Part shown: positions 22,401-28,085 of the stretch, one piece after another
How positions within the stretch are numbered: the first letter of the stretch is position 1
How the letters are laid out: each line of letters opens with the position of its first letter
Source of the DNA: a virus
Taxonomy: Duplodnaviria; Caudoviricetes
Virus record (IMG/VR): IMGVR_UViG_3300017777_002509
Span: 1-28,383 of that record
Direction: 5' to 3' (one strand)
DNA length: 28,383 nucleotides
Program-made: the position numbers and the translations under genes
Notes under the pieces: model-generated
What the model was told of the DNA's origin: nothing
Database searches by the model: none
What the model saw: the letters and a program-made list of their open reading frames with translations, nothing else

Positions 22401-22638
22401 AAATATTAGAAGTTAATATAGATGGAAGATTTAAATCTATTAATGTTTCATTGTTAAAATTTTGTATTTTTTTATATTTTTGAATATTAGATGATAAATC
22501 AACTATTCCAGTTTGATGTTCCTGTGATGTATAATATTGATTTAAAAATTCTTGAAAAATTGGAGATTCTTCATTCAAAAATTCAGGAATTTGTGAATCT
22601 AAAATATGATTGATTTTTATTCTTTTGATTTCCGTCAT
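10426..22638 (-). CDS. gp7: giant baseplate wedge initiator (gp7-like) with YHYH-like domain, beta-propeller and repeated beta modules
   Basis: 4070 aa between gp6 and gp8; N-terminal QIPEF...F.EFL.QYY, KDFYSSKGT..SFKILF.ILYG; internal DNNYYQKFSYSIKS...W...VK.IIHPSGFKEF; C-terminal G.YSWGKI. Confidence 0.78.
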   Translation of the reverse strand: MTEIKRIKINHILDSQIPEFLNEESPIFQEFLNQYYTSQEHQTGIVDLSSNIQKYKKIQNFNNETLIDLNLPSILTSNILSFDDTILVSHTIGYPSKYGLIKINDEIITYTSKTSNSFLGCIRGFSGIDSLQRNNNPEFLNFSITEASEHTSGSSLQNLNFIFFFEIFKKFKYQFLPGFEERKFTPEISLQNILSRAKDFYSSKGTAQSFKILFSILYGTEIETINPQEYMLRPSDNNYFVTKNILVEKISGKNITSLKGTTLNQFISGIGTVSASIYNIEYRPIQGKDFYEISLDSTSFTGDFEITGSTKVIETVPASNNTITVDSTVGFAQSGTIIAQKSNLTELTLNYTDKTSTQFLNVSGISQNLNFGDFIYEKKLAYAYDQSDTSLNEFRVISVIDKIDTKTSSGLKIGDKISLSSFGKNLSGNIKFDSWIYNIPTYHNISGITSIGNNNYRIILKDNVKLYKNDQIYISDVLNVDIDAIVKTIESSTTIIIESLPNIDNIIKIKKKITKANSPNFTDISNINGGVQNTYIDNEGKYLYVTTSGFPNYTITSKNTKRNVITTGTGSTTILEISNHNLLSGDKIYYDSKTSAGIETGIYFVKKINNNSISLAYSNTNLFAEEYINLYSGVSNDFIFKLGYENKTIKDQKILRKFNLTENINYFDNENDRTTFNRNIGLLVNGVELFSPTLFDENIYYGKIDSIQITNPGKDYDVINSSDLIISDSIGSGCKANLILSGSLKEVKINSPGIGYDRKPKITLIGGNGSGAVLESNLVKTRIIAKFKADLTAINTSTETISFIDNHNFDNYEEVTYYSNGNSVLPGLNDKSNYFVNIINSKQIKLHKNRSDVLSGINTINITGISSGFHEFRTLNSKKTINKIYVKNSGSGYSNRLVKVSSISYPSLDYQISGISTFDDYIFAKNHGFRNGDFIKYSNTGTSISGLSTNIEYYITVIDQDKFKLSDAGIGTTSTNLNYINKKYIKFNSLGVGTHTFAYPPINIQVESIPGIGSTSIVSPVLTPIVLGSAESVYIEDGGSSYGSSDIINFHRRPNVDLIPITSALLKPVIINGSITDIQIIFSGKGYDDGTEIIISGDGKYANIQPIIANGKITSFVIIDGGVGYKKSNTTIEAIRRGKDLQFIANVFEWNINQIKRNKDIISSYGGDDETITYPSIDQSLQLKVINFYLPKKLRKNIGDNINDNNTEVGIDTSHSPIIGWSYDGNPIYGPYGYASLTDTSIKLINSSYIEDPIISSSLRPNSFEIGFFVNDYKFNNSGDLDQYNGRFCITPEYPYGTYAYFATHDLVTGNLIPKYPYVIGKYFKDTPVIENFNPNFSQKLDFKNLNLIRNFGNYFLDSENSGYDALNKNISNLKQDFIVKQIKKSGITSIVIDSLGEDYRVNDIINFKKAKEGTGISAEIGRVNGKTISNMIVGVSTFNDVIFTTKGNNIIGITSSVHNLISNDKIIISGISTISLYQLEGTKTIIVNQKVTGLTTSLQNVGVTGISTNINVTDIFGFEVNDSIQIGTEILTITNIIPETSQLLVNRSSSGGIHTAGIESVRLLPKKFQFTEINPISSFLPENEMIYFDPTNSVGFGITGTNYSVVGIGTSTTVNKFVPSKSIYIPNHKFYTGQQLIYNYSAGIGLSVYDNNPSSAFSLTQNQTIYAVNFGNNYLGISTLGFTTSVGIGSTLNSLYFTYNSNVGYSHSIRTTYQTVTARVENYSGIVTTSEPHNLIDGDKIKFTIIPSRTENVSFRFDEKNRKITTDLIGFSTSKVSIGSTSTIDIGSNILKNGDKIVYYSGTTAIGGLENESVYYVLKEHPDKIQLCKYSYDVTIGLGISFSNAGIGTQNIALINPPLSFSKGNIIVFDISDPTLLDIDLRFYIDQDFKKQFEIDKKETNQFAIQRTSTNITLQTNDRSIPANLYYNFITSSNDVEKNQLSTDKEVFGFNRIDILPSNLSNEQSIIGIGTNSFKFNLNKKPEYTEYTQVSGISSVFYDTNSKNTTGQISQIRINSKGKSYSILPSVDYIKSSSGKNAILYPVSSEIGKILSFDRIKDGFDYPTDPTILPQLSVPAICIIKEISRVESIGILTGGKNYNTSPRLKVIGNDQLELTSKIQGGSVIDVKIVKNVFNLKDPLRIVPYNNSNGYEIDQIYANHITGNGTIELVNDPILFEPIAIGYGSTITEFPFVVGDNIFIEKCRLTVGSASSANFNSKDYGYNFFTVTGINTTNRTINYNMNGLQTNSFGEYNSDFTLGYVVNKKDMAEFKMNIIDDAQYFSGEKVSSTNFSAQVMEDGWDNDINQLRLINAKGVLNVGDKLYGENSKLNGVVKFVSIFNLSASLGVSRDKINNFGDKVGFLNDYQQRISDNNYYQKFSYSIKSEIPYSTWKESVKSIIHPSGFKEFSDLNIIGIPTSGPVNLGIAKSTNMKVSVASSETTLLVNMDSFDSLYTKHNFSMVYEEDVLDDESVERIYFPEGTALRTFILNKTNKVSSIDDISSQFTGITSTIGGTIVGLSSFKLKSSENSLFYREFVGSASTIVDLSNDKFIIPNHGFQSGQEIIYNSGVGTTIGIATTSYATGTLDILINVGAGIGSAIYENGYNNYVPYTGIVTGISTTISPPGPVIQYFGFGNPIPGQVNTGIGTGALFQVLITYSGGTGIPLSTSIQLIDGGSVYSVGQQISIAGTYMGGATPTNNLYFTISKLSSTRSGSANATYNNVPSSSSGIGTGAIFNVFRNANLDISLVSVVNGGSGYASTDQISIAGTYIGGSTPADNVYLSPTLLGTKKLPSNVFVRKIDVNNFQLCGLSTTISTPFNLVSYGSGTQSFSFKNPNENVIISIDNIIQSAVHRKNITIGLSTSIGIGSTAIYISSGINSVSGSDILKINNEFLKIISVGIGSTNKIDVTRSFMGTVAAGHTIGSAVTVHTGDFNIIDDVIYFSTPPYGPAIASTDPQFKVSSFFSGRAFSRAFDSSSPNDKNLILDDISTNFTGIAATQFNLKSNGNSVVGLYTDTNSSTDINNNPIILINNIFQGPEVDYSIDTPGNNTIKFLTGIPNAGKIVNVAITTGFGYQPLIGAAATASVSSAGTITSITIKGGGSGYRTPPSISITSNVGSGASITANVGVGGTLSSLSIINGGIGYTSSSPVYVNIDLPLAYSNLGVAYTSGSSGVGTDAKVSIQVGSGSSVIGFNLDNPGVGYKVGDILKVVGLTTNPTIGAGFQEFKLTVTETLTDKFSGFYPGQFIYFDDFSQYFNGSRKKFTLTQTSSGNTEIVDLKKNFGSDIILQNNIFIFLNDVLQVPGESYTFSGSRIFFNEPPKINSKCSVIFYRGSSLDVETIIPPKTIKEGDIVQIGENIYDNLDREQFERVVKKIVASDQLDTYNYDSIGINTNPDKFRPLKWTKQTEDRVILGSLVSKARPSLISTIRPTTRIIKNLSATDTSIYVNNAYPLFTDIDLIEEADRNVLIIENKDTEAGIATAVVSIANTISSIAISTGGIGYASTISPKVLISTISVESKDPILNWLPTSGLSTNTSLLSFTIGNPIVSVGQSGIVAITTNGISFNTITNIGYGKTISFNSVGLGSTNYYIAVGEKGKIVRSIGFGVTISSWTEYNKYEETSQFGIVTRSLSNYISSLTDIKYSSSTDKWISVGCGGAIFSAVGFGSTEFVKKPSNTIDDLKSISIGNIIVAVGNNGTVITSDVGTFWSSNNITGENLNKVIWTGSQFITVGNNSEIRTSTNGTSWVQITPNISGNFTNIHYNSYYDLYTLLDSNGILYYSFNLQNWTQRSTNQSNVLKDINYSIVEDRYISVGSGATSIYSVPVYNFASAISDATSGIVTSIIITNPGFGYNQANPPKVLIESEKTKIEEIESIKAKGDFGIIVGIDTSISIGSTIPKIKIKLKTESYDNTQLGIGYSALNSYNINSSGISAGDYFIIYNSNVQCGHSLTGITTNSTSWEVVGTATSFIDGLYRADIVEKPINSSVVGIVTVTCTFLPNPSTGSGINFTINPGITTNGYYGNYSWGKIYDYQNRSLGSPKEFTLNTNNGLIGLSTAPEVTRTRGLFKSK

Positions 22639-22639
22639 T

Positions 22640-24508
22640 TTATCTTGTGTAGTATCCGTTTAAGTAACTCGATGTTGAGGTATAAGAAGTAGCAGAAATA
22701 TTTTCTCCTGAAGTAATTGTATCCTCTATAGTATTTACTATAGTATTATTGATATCTATTTGTAAATAAATATCTTTCAATGCAATTACATCATTTGATT
22801 CTGGTATTGCTTGTATTTCAATTTTATTATTTGGCAATGATGTCGATACAATATTTACTATATTTAATTTAATTTCTCCTTTTAAATAATCAACTGTTCC
22901 TGCATCTGAAGATATTATTGTTGGAACATTATCTATAAGTTTAAAAAATAATATTTTTCCATTCATAGAATCAATTGGATCATCAGTTAAATATAAGGTG
23001 TCTGCAACATCTTTAATTTTAAATCCTGAAGATTTGATGTTATATTTTCCTGTTTTTTGGTGAAATTTATTCCCAAAACACACCTCATACGTAGCAAATT
23101 TATTCATTTCTACTGAAAGATCTCTTCTCATTCTAACTTTAGTAATATTTGAAGTAATTCCTCGATTTGTATTATCGATTAAAGTATTTACTCTACTAAA
23201 TTTAAATCTTCCCCCAAAACTATTTACATCAGAAGATATAGAATAGGAATTTAAAGTATTTAAAACTTGATTTTTAATTATAACTGGATCTGAAATAAAT
23301 GCTGGATTATAATAAACAGTAGAATCAATTTCAACATATAGATATTTTAAATCAATAAGTTCTGGTTTAATTCCAGCAATTGAATACTGTTTTAATTTTT
23401 TCCTAATATCATTTTTTGTAATTTCTGATAAAAAATTACCATTTCTTGGTTTAATTGAAATAAAAACCTTTCCATATTGTGGGGGATCCAATTCTTCTCC
23501 CCCATATGCAGTTACAGAATCTATATTCGAATAAAGATAAGGTATTAAACCTTTATAGTCATTTGCGGTTACGGCTCTATATTGAGAGGCATACACTCTT
23601 GGGGCAAGATACTTTACAGAATCTATCGTTTCGATGTCATCTCCATTTTCCGATGAAGACGTTGTTGTAATTAAAGAAATTCCACTTGTAATATTAGTTG
23701 AGTTATTATCTTTAATATTTCCAGAAAAAGTAAAGTTTGCAGATCCATCTGCAGATTTTCCATTAGTTACAATATAAGAAATGGAAATTGTGCTACCATG
23801 TTCTGGTTTTTTTCCTAAAATATTATCACCAAATAAAATTTCATATTTTTCATCTTCTATTTCTTGAATTAAAAATAATTTTGATGTTTTATTTACATTT
23901 AAAATATTTTCATATAATGTATATACTTCAATTGTGCTATTAGACACACTTACACGAATCGTTGAAGTATCTACATTTGAATTTGGTATTAAAAATCTTT
24001 GATTTGGTTGGCTGTAATCGACTGTAAATGTTTTTGTTAAGTAGGACCCTTCGTAAATATCTAAATTTTCAAAAAATGCAATATTTGAAGTATTTACAGG
24101 AACTGTTACATCAGATGGTATTGAGAATATATAATTACCATCTTGAACTGCGCCCAATGCAAATGGTCCTGCTTTTAATGTTACAGTTCTAGAATTATAA
24201 GATGAGGTATCTACAGAAAAACTTATTTTTGCTTTAGATGATTTTTTTGAACGAGGCACATATCCAATATTACGAGCATGAGAAACTACATTTTCTCTTA
24301 ATGTTGCACTATCTAAAAATGCTTCATTTGCTTGCATATTAGTATTATATGCAGTAATATAGGAATTGTATGCAAGAATATCAATCAGAACGGAAAAATT
24401 TGATCCTTCAAAATCAAAATCAGTAAAATTAGAATTTGATCTCAGATAGTCTTTAATCTGAGTACGTAAATCATTAAAATCTAAATTAGTAAATTGATTG
24501 AATGACAT
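22640..24508 (-). CDS. gp6: baseplate wedge subunit (T4 gp6-like)
   Basis: 622 aa; LDFNDLR..IKDYLR...FTDFDFEGSNFSVLIDILAYN, AFLDSATLRENVVSHARNIGYVPRS, QYRAVTANDY, YGKVFISIKP. Confidence 0.92.
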   Translation of the reverse strand: MSFNQFTNLDFNDLRTQIKDYLRSNSNFTDFDFEGSNFSVLIDILAYNSYITAYNTNMQANEAFLDSATLRENVVSHARNIGYVPRSKKSSKAKISFSVDTSSYNSRTVTLKAGPFALGAVQDGNYIFSIPSDVTVPVNTSNIAFFENLDIYEGSYLTKTFTVDYSQPNQRFLIPNSNVDTSTIRVSVSNSTIEVYTLYENILNVNKTSKLFLIQEIEDEKYEILFGDNILGKKPEHGSTISISYIVTNGKSADGSANFTFSGNIKDNNSTNITSGISLITTTSSSENGDDIETIDSVKYLAPRVYASQYRAVTANDYKGLIPYLYSNIDSVTAYGGEELDPPQYGKVFISIKPRNGNFLSEITKNDIRKKLKQYSIAGIKPELIDLKYLYVEIDSTVYYNPAFISDPVIIKNQVLNTLNSYSISSDVNSFGGRFKFSRVNTLIDNTNRGITSNITKVRMRRDLSVEMNKFATYEVCFGNKFHQKTGKYNIKSSGFKIKDVADTLYLTDDPIDSMNGKILFFKLIDNVPTIISSDAGTVDYLKGEIKLNIVNIVSTSLPNNKIEIQAIPESNDVIALKDIYLQIDINNTIVNTIEDTITSGENISATSYTSTSSYLNGYYTR

Positions 24509-24909
24509 TATACCCTAGTTGGTTGTAAGATAAACTCTATATTTTGAGTTGGAAATGGTAGTCCAACAATATCATAAGTAATTTTAATGTTTAAATCATT
24601 TGTATCATCTGGATTTTCAATTTCAACACTGCGTAATAATATTCTTAATTCGAAATTATTCAATAAGGTTGTGATTTCTTCTTCTAAAAAAGAGAATACA
24701 TCAGAATTTCCTATTTCAAATAATGTATCATCAACTGATGTTCCTATTAGATTATTAAAAAACCTTTCATTTAAACGAGTCCTAACAAGATTAATAACAG
24801 ATTTTTTAATTGCATCTTCATTTTTAAGTATTGTTATATCATTAGTAACTGGATGTTTCGCAAAAGATAAACTGATATCTTTAAAACTACGAGAAATTGT
24901 TACTGCCAT
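24508..24909 (-). CDS. gp25: baseplate wedge subunit / sheath initiator (gp25-like)
   Basis: 133 aa; FKDISLSF..HPVT.DI..LKNEDAIKKSV.NLV.T...ERFF...IG; TAATG coupled to gp6. Confidence 0.9.
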   Translation of the reverse strand: MAVTISRSFKDISLSFAKHPVTNDITILKNEDAIKKSVINLVRTRLNERFFNNLIGTSVDDTLFEIGNSDVFSFLEEEITTLLNNFELRILLRSVEIENPDDTNDLNIKITYDIVGLPFPTQNIEFILQPTRV

Positions 24910-24934
24910 TCATTTGTTTTTCGCCTTTATATAT

Positions 24935-25186
24935 CTATAATACTTTTTTCCAAGTTTTTCCATAATTTGGTTCCGTTCCATATTCCCAATCATCATAATC
25001 TTCATCATTACGAATTTTTTCATGAAGATCGGTTTGTTTTTTTAAATTATGATTGGGTGCCAAATCATGCATAATTTCTTGAATGATTCTTTTTGGAGGT
25101 TCTGTTTTATAATCCGTAATCAAATGCGTAGTTCCCCACATTTGACGCATATATTCTTTGTCTCTATCGACTGATAAATTGGACAT
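24935..25186 (-). CDS. hypothetical protein
   Basis: 83 aa; AGGAG Shine-Dalgarno 4 nt upstream of the ATG; acidic DYDDWEYG C-terminal motif. Confidence 0.75.
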   Translation of the reverse strand: MSNLSVDRDKEYMRQMWGTTHLITDYKTEPPKRIIQEIMHDLAPNHNLKKQTDLHEKIRNDEDYDDWEYGTEPNYGKTWKKVL

Positions 25187-25190
25187 TTTT

Positions 25191-25253
25191 CTCCTGTTTT
25201 AAAAATAAAACAGAACTTTTATGATGGAGGTTTCTATCTCCAAATATATTTAA
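25191..25253 (-). promoter_or_regulatory. late-promoter-like TAAATA followed by a two-hairpin leader that covers the RBS
   Basis: TAAATA 25247-25252; stem UGGAG/CUCCA 25225-25242; stem UUCUGUUUUA/UAAAACAGGA 25192-25215 including AGGA of the SD. Confidence 0.45.
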
Positions 25254-25591
25254 CGATTTAGATTTCTGATTTTATAATTGTATGAATTAAAATATTTTAA
25301 AAGTTCAATTGCAACAATTTTTGGATTTCCTTCTCCACAAGTATAAATGTCAATTGCAATGCATCCTTTTTCTGGCCATGTATGCGCCGAAAAATGACTT
25401 TCTGATAGTGCAATTACGATAGTAAGACCTTGTGGTTCAAATTTATGAGTAAAGATATTTAAAATAGTCATCTTTGCACGAGAAATCCCCCTTTGGATTA
25501 CTTCCAATAGAGGGATTGTATCATTTAACAAATTATATTCAATATCATATACCTCTAATAAGAGGTGATTGCCCATAGAAAATTGTTCCAA
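25250..25591 (-). CDS. speD: S-adenosylmethionine decarboxylase proenzyme (pyruvoyl-dependent, SpeD class 1b)
   Basis: G.HLL.E, HKFEPQG.T....LSESH.S.HTWPE.G..AIDIYTCG; the E|SH autocleavage site and Cys are present. The true start is probably the ATG at 25576 (MGNHLL). Confidence 0.92.
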   Translation of the reverse strand: MEQFSMGNHLLLEVYDIEYNLLNDTIPLLEVIQRGISRAKMTILNIFTHKFEPQGLTIVIALSESHFSAHTWPEKGCIAIDIYTCGEGNPKIVAIELLKYFNSYNYKIRNLNR

Positions 25592-25612
25592 TAATTATGA
25601 TACTAAAAAAAT

Positions 25613-25619
25613 TATTTAT
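25613..25619 (-). promoter_or_regulatory. late promoter-like motif ATAAATA upstream of speD
   Basis: Minus-strand ATAAATA in the short intergenic gap. Confidence 0.55.
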
Positions 25620-25620
25620 T

Positions 25621-26250
25621 TTAATTTAAATTTGTAATTTCATACATGTAATGATTAGATGTTTCTATTTTTCTTTTATTTTCTACGGAATATAAATTCA
25701 TATCAATCTCATATCCAGGATTTTTGTCTATTCTATTGAATGTCCAGGCACTATCATACCATATAATTCTATTATTTGGGTATGCATAGTAATTTCCAGT
25801 TTCCATCTTGAACAAATGAGCACATTTATGTTCAGGAGTCTCTGAATAATTAAAGTCCGTCATTGCCTTATTCTCAAATCCCCAGTCAAGAGTGAACATA
25901 TACTCACCTTGAACTTTAGTATTATCAGGACGAATAAGTTCTGCACTCAATCCAGCAAGACGATTCCTTCGTTGAACATCCACATAAGAAGAGAAACAAT
26001 CCCAATACATAATATCTTCCAATGGTTCAATTGGTGCATCTGATTTCCAACAAAAGGCATGAAGAGGTCTACGAGTCCAATTTACACCATTTTCAAGAAA
26101 TGCCTCAAACAAAGGAACTCTTTTTTCAATACTAGCAACACAATGCACATCACATTTGGTTACTTCGCCATGCCCCTTTATATGATTAAAAAGAAACTCA
26201 TTACGAATATAACAACTCCAATCTGGAAGGCTGTGATTTAGATAAGCCAT
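25621..26250 (-). CDS. phage hypothetical protein
   Basis: 209 aa, aromatic/His/Cys-rich (WDCFS, YMFTLDW, EHKCAH, AYPNNRI). Confidence 0.8.
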   Translation of the reverse strand: MAYLNHSLPDWSCYIRNEFLFNHIKGHGEVTKCDVHCVASIEKRVPLFEAFLENGVNWTRRPLHAFCWKSDAPIEPLEDIMYWDCFSSYVDVQRRNRLAGLSAELIRPDNTKVQGEYMFTLDWGFENKAMTDFNYSETPEHKCAHLFKMETGNYYAYPNNRIIWYDSAWTFNRIDKNPGYEIDMNLYSVENKRKIETSNHYMYEITNLN

Positions 26251-26252
26251 TT

Positions 26253-26390
26253 TTATCCTTTACCTTGACCTCTATATTTTTTTCGAGCGGAATTTCGACT
26301 TGTCTTCGAATACTTTGTATTCTTTCCTTGTCCTTGAAGTGTATTCTTAGGTGTACTATCAATCTTTTGATCTTTTTTATTTAGTGCCAT
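26253..26390 (-). CDS. small basic protein, 45 aa (not in ORF track)
   Basis: MALNKKDQKIDSTPKNTLQGQGKNTKYSKTSRNSARKKYRGQGKG; strong SD (AAGGAG, ~26402-26407); stop 2 nt before the next ATG. Confidence 0.8.
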   Translation of the reverse strand: MALNKKDQKIDSTPKNTLQGQGKNTKYSKTSRNSARKKYRGQGKG

Positions 26391-26458
26391 TTTAATTTTT
26401 TCTCCTTTTTTGTTCAAAAAACGGTTTTTGACGGGATTTTTGCGTAAGTTTTATAAGA

Positions 26459-26542
26459 ATGTTATAAGAAGCAGTTCCTATAACATCTCTGAGATATAGA
26501 AAAATACCTCTATAAGACTTGTTTAAATCTCATAGAGGTATT
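26459..26542. repeat. two inverted repeats (12-bp stem 26459-26486; 18-bp stem 26503-26542)
   Basis: ATGTTATAAGAA-gcag-TTCCTATAACAT and AATACCTCTATAAGACTT-gttt-AAATCTCATAGAGGTATT. Confidence 0.85.
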
Positions 26543-26568
26543 CTAAGTTAAACCACTGAAAACGTCAA
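26540..26568 (-). promoter_or_regulatory. sigma70-type promoter TTGACG-N17-TAGAAT
   Basis: -35 at 26568-26563, 17-nt spacer, -10 at 26545-26540; each box matches consensus at 5/6. Confidence 0.7.
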
Positions 26569-26589
26569 GAAATGCCTGAGAGATAATGC

Positions 26590-27342
26590 TCAGATAACTC
26601 TCATCTTTTCATGTCCGACACGAATCTGTGGATCACACCAAATTTCAAATCCTTCTTCTTTTGCATCAAGACAGAAAGAAACATCTTCTCCGCACATATC
26701 TTGCACTTCGCCAGATTCAAAGACTTGCATCTTAGGAGCAAACCAAGGATATTCAAGTTTTTCAAATACTCCTTTTTTAATCAGTACCCAACCAAATCCT
26801 GTATAATCAACTGTAAATGGCTTGCGCCTCTTGCTCATTGTATCTCCAGTTTCATGATTCATGACTCCTCCATTGCCCCTAAAATCGTCCTCCTCTAACC
26901 AATGAGCAACTGAGGTAGTATGACCATCTTCAGTCATATACCACCCTGCTGCAATGTCTTTATCCATTGCTACAAGACGATAAAACTTTTCTGTATCAAA
27001 TACGATATCACTATCAATCCAAAGTTGATAATCATAATTCAATTTTCCATCCCATGGAACTTGTTTTGGTCCCCTGAGAACATTTGCACCTAAACATTTG
27101 CAACGTGCAAAGTTTACCATGGAAGAATAATCCTGTGATATTTGAATGCTTGCACCATTCTGCACAAGATCAAAACATAACTGAACAAAATTCTTTAAAT
27201 ATGTATATGATACTCCACGACCTGGAAGACAAAATACAACCGATTTTCCTTTAATTAATTCTTTAGCTGCCTGTAAATTAAAATCATCTGTTGATGATGT
27301 ACTTAATGGTGCCTTTGCTTTAACTGTAAATCCTTTTGCCAT
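26590..27342 (-). CDS. GT-A fold (GT2-like) glycosyltransferase
   Basis: 250 aa; VNFARCKC, YDYQLWIDSDIVF (DxD), GFGWVLIKKGVFE...PWF, GEDVSFC, IWCDP..RVGHEK. Confidence 0.75.
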   Translation of the reverse strand: MAKGFTVKAKAPLSTSSTDDFNLQAAKELIKGKSVVFCLPGRGVSYTYLKNFVQLCFDLVQNGASIQISQDYSSMVNFARCKCLGANVLRGPKQVPWDGKLNYDYQLWIDSDIVFDTEKFYRLVAMDKDIAAGWYMTEDGHTTSVAHWLEEDDFRGNGGVMNHETGDTMSKRRKPFTVDYTGFGWVLIKKGVFEKLEYPWFAPKMQVFESGEVQDMCGEDVSFCLDAKEEGFEIWCDPQIRVGHEKMRVI

Positions 27343-27366
27343 AAAAATTGAAATAGTAACGTTTAC

Positions 27367-27395
27367 ATTCTACCACCACAAATCAAATTTTGCAA
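27367..27395 (-). promoter_or_regulatory. sigma70-type promoter TTGCAA-N17-TAGAAT with extended -10 (TGG)
   Basis: -35 at 27395-27390, -10 at 27372-27367, 24 nt upstream of the GT ATG; a late-like CTAAATA also lies at 27409-27415. Confidence 0.65.
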
Positions 27396-27553
27396 GGTGG
27401 ATTTGTTTTATTTAGTGTAACTTCAATGTCCTTGTCATTCCCCCCAGAAGTCCATACAAGTCCTCTGATAAGTTTCAGATTCTTCTGTAAATCATTCTGA
27501 GGGATTTGACTTAATATACTTATGCCTTTTACATCAATATTATAAGTATTCAT
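27383..27553 (-). CDS. hypothetical protein, 56 aa (not in ORF track)
   Basis: MNTYNIDVKGISILSQIPQNDLQKNLKLIRGLVWTSGGNDKDIEVTLNKTNPPCKI; overlaps the upstream ORF by 14 nt. Confidence 0.6.
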   Translation of the reverse strand: MNTYNIDVKGISILSQIPQNDLQKNLKLIRGLVWTSGGNDKDIEVTLNKTNPPCKI

Positions 27554-27692
27554 CTTCTTCGACTTTTCGAAGTAATTCTGTGAGTTCTTCTTTTAGTGAA
27601 TTGTTAATTACCAATACCTTATCTGTGTCCAACCTATGTCGAATTGTATCAATTAGTAAATCTTTTTCAAATTCGTCAAATTCTAATTTCAT
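27540..27692 (-). CDS. hypothetical acidic helical protein, 50 aa (not in ORF track)
   Basis: MKLEFDEFEKDLLIDTIRHRLDTDKVLVINNSLKEELTELLRKVEEDEYL; ATG start, protein-like composition. Confidence 0.62.
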   Translation of the reverse strand: MKLEFDEFEKDLLIDTIRHRLDTDKVLVINNSLKEELTELLRKVEEDEYL

Positions 27693-28085
27693 TTTTTTTT
27701 GTTTTGGGTCTTCAAAAATTATATAGGCATTGTGATACTTTGATTTGTGCGATATTATGAGAGAAACCTTTTTTTGTGTATTTTTTCCCTCCGAAATTTT
27801 TTATAAAAGAGGGGAAACACTTATGCAATTTGAAACGGACTCGTAATCACTCTCTCGTTTTTGGTCCGTTGTAGGTTAGGGTAGTTATGCGTTTTTACTT
27901 TAGGCATCGGTTTATAATAACAAACAAACAACGTTGAATATAACTGTCCAAACAGTGCTGTATAATAATATACACGAACTACAAAATATTGGTTATTATT
28001 CTAAATTGATTGATATTAATATAAACTATACCCAGGGTATGTAAAATAACTGTACCGGGGGTATCATAATTAGAAGAACTGAGAG

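Noticed and set aside
1323-22638. Inteins, introns or stop-codon recoding in the giant ORFs
   Set aside because: Frames are continuous in the standard code; no intein or homing-endonuclease motifs were seen by eye
26459-26542. Classical Rho-independent terminator call
   Set aside because: Stems are long and AU-rich; only the larger one has a short U run on the minus strand, so it is reported as an inverted repeat
313-26898. Plus-strand ORFs from the track (e.g. 313, 516, 3838, 5146, 11900, 24587, 26611)
   Set aside because: Antisense shadows of strong minus-strand genes, with biased composition and no recognisable motifs
27934-27966. Plus-strand promoter TTGAAT...TATAAT
   Set aside because: Spacer is 21 nt and there is no proper extended -10
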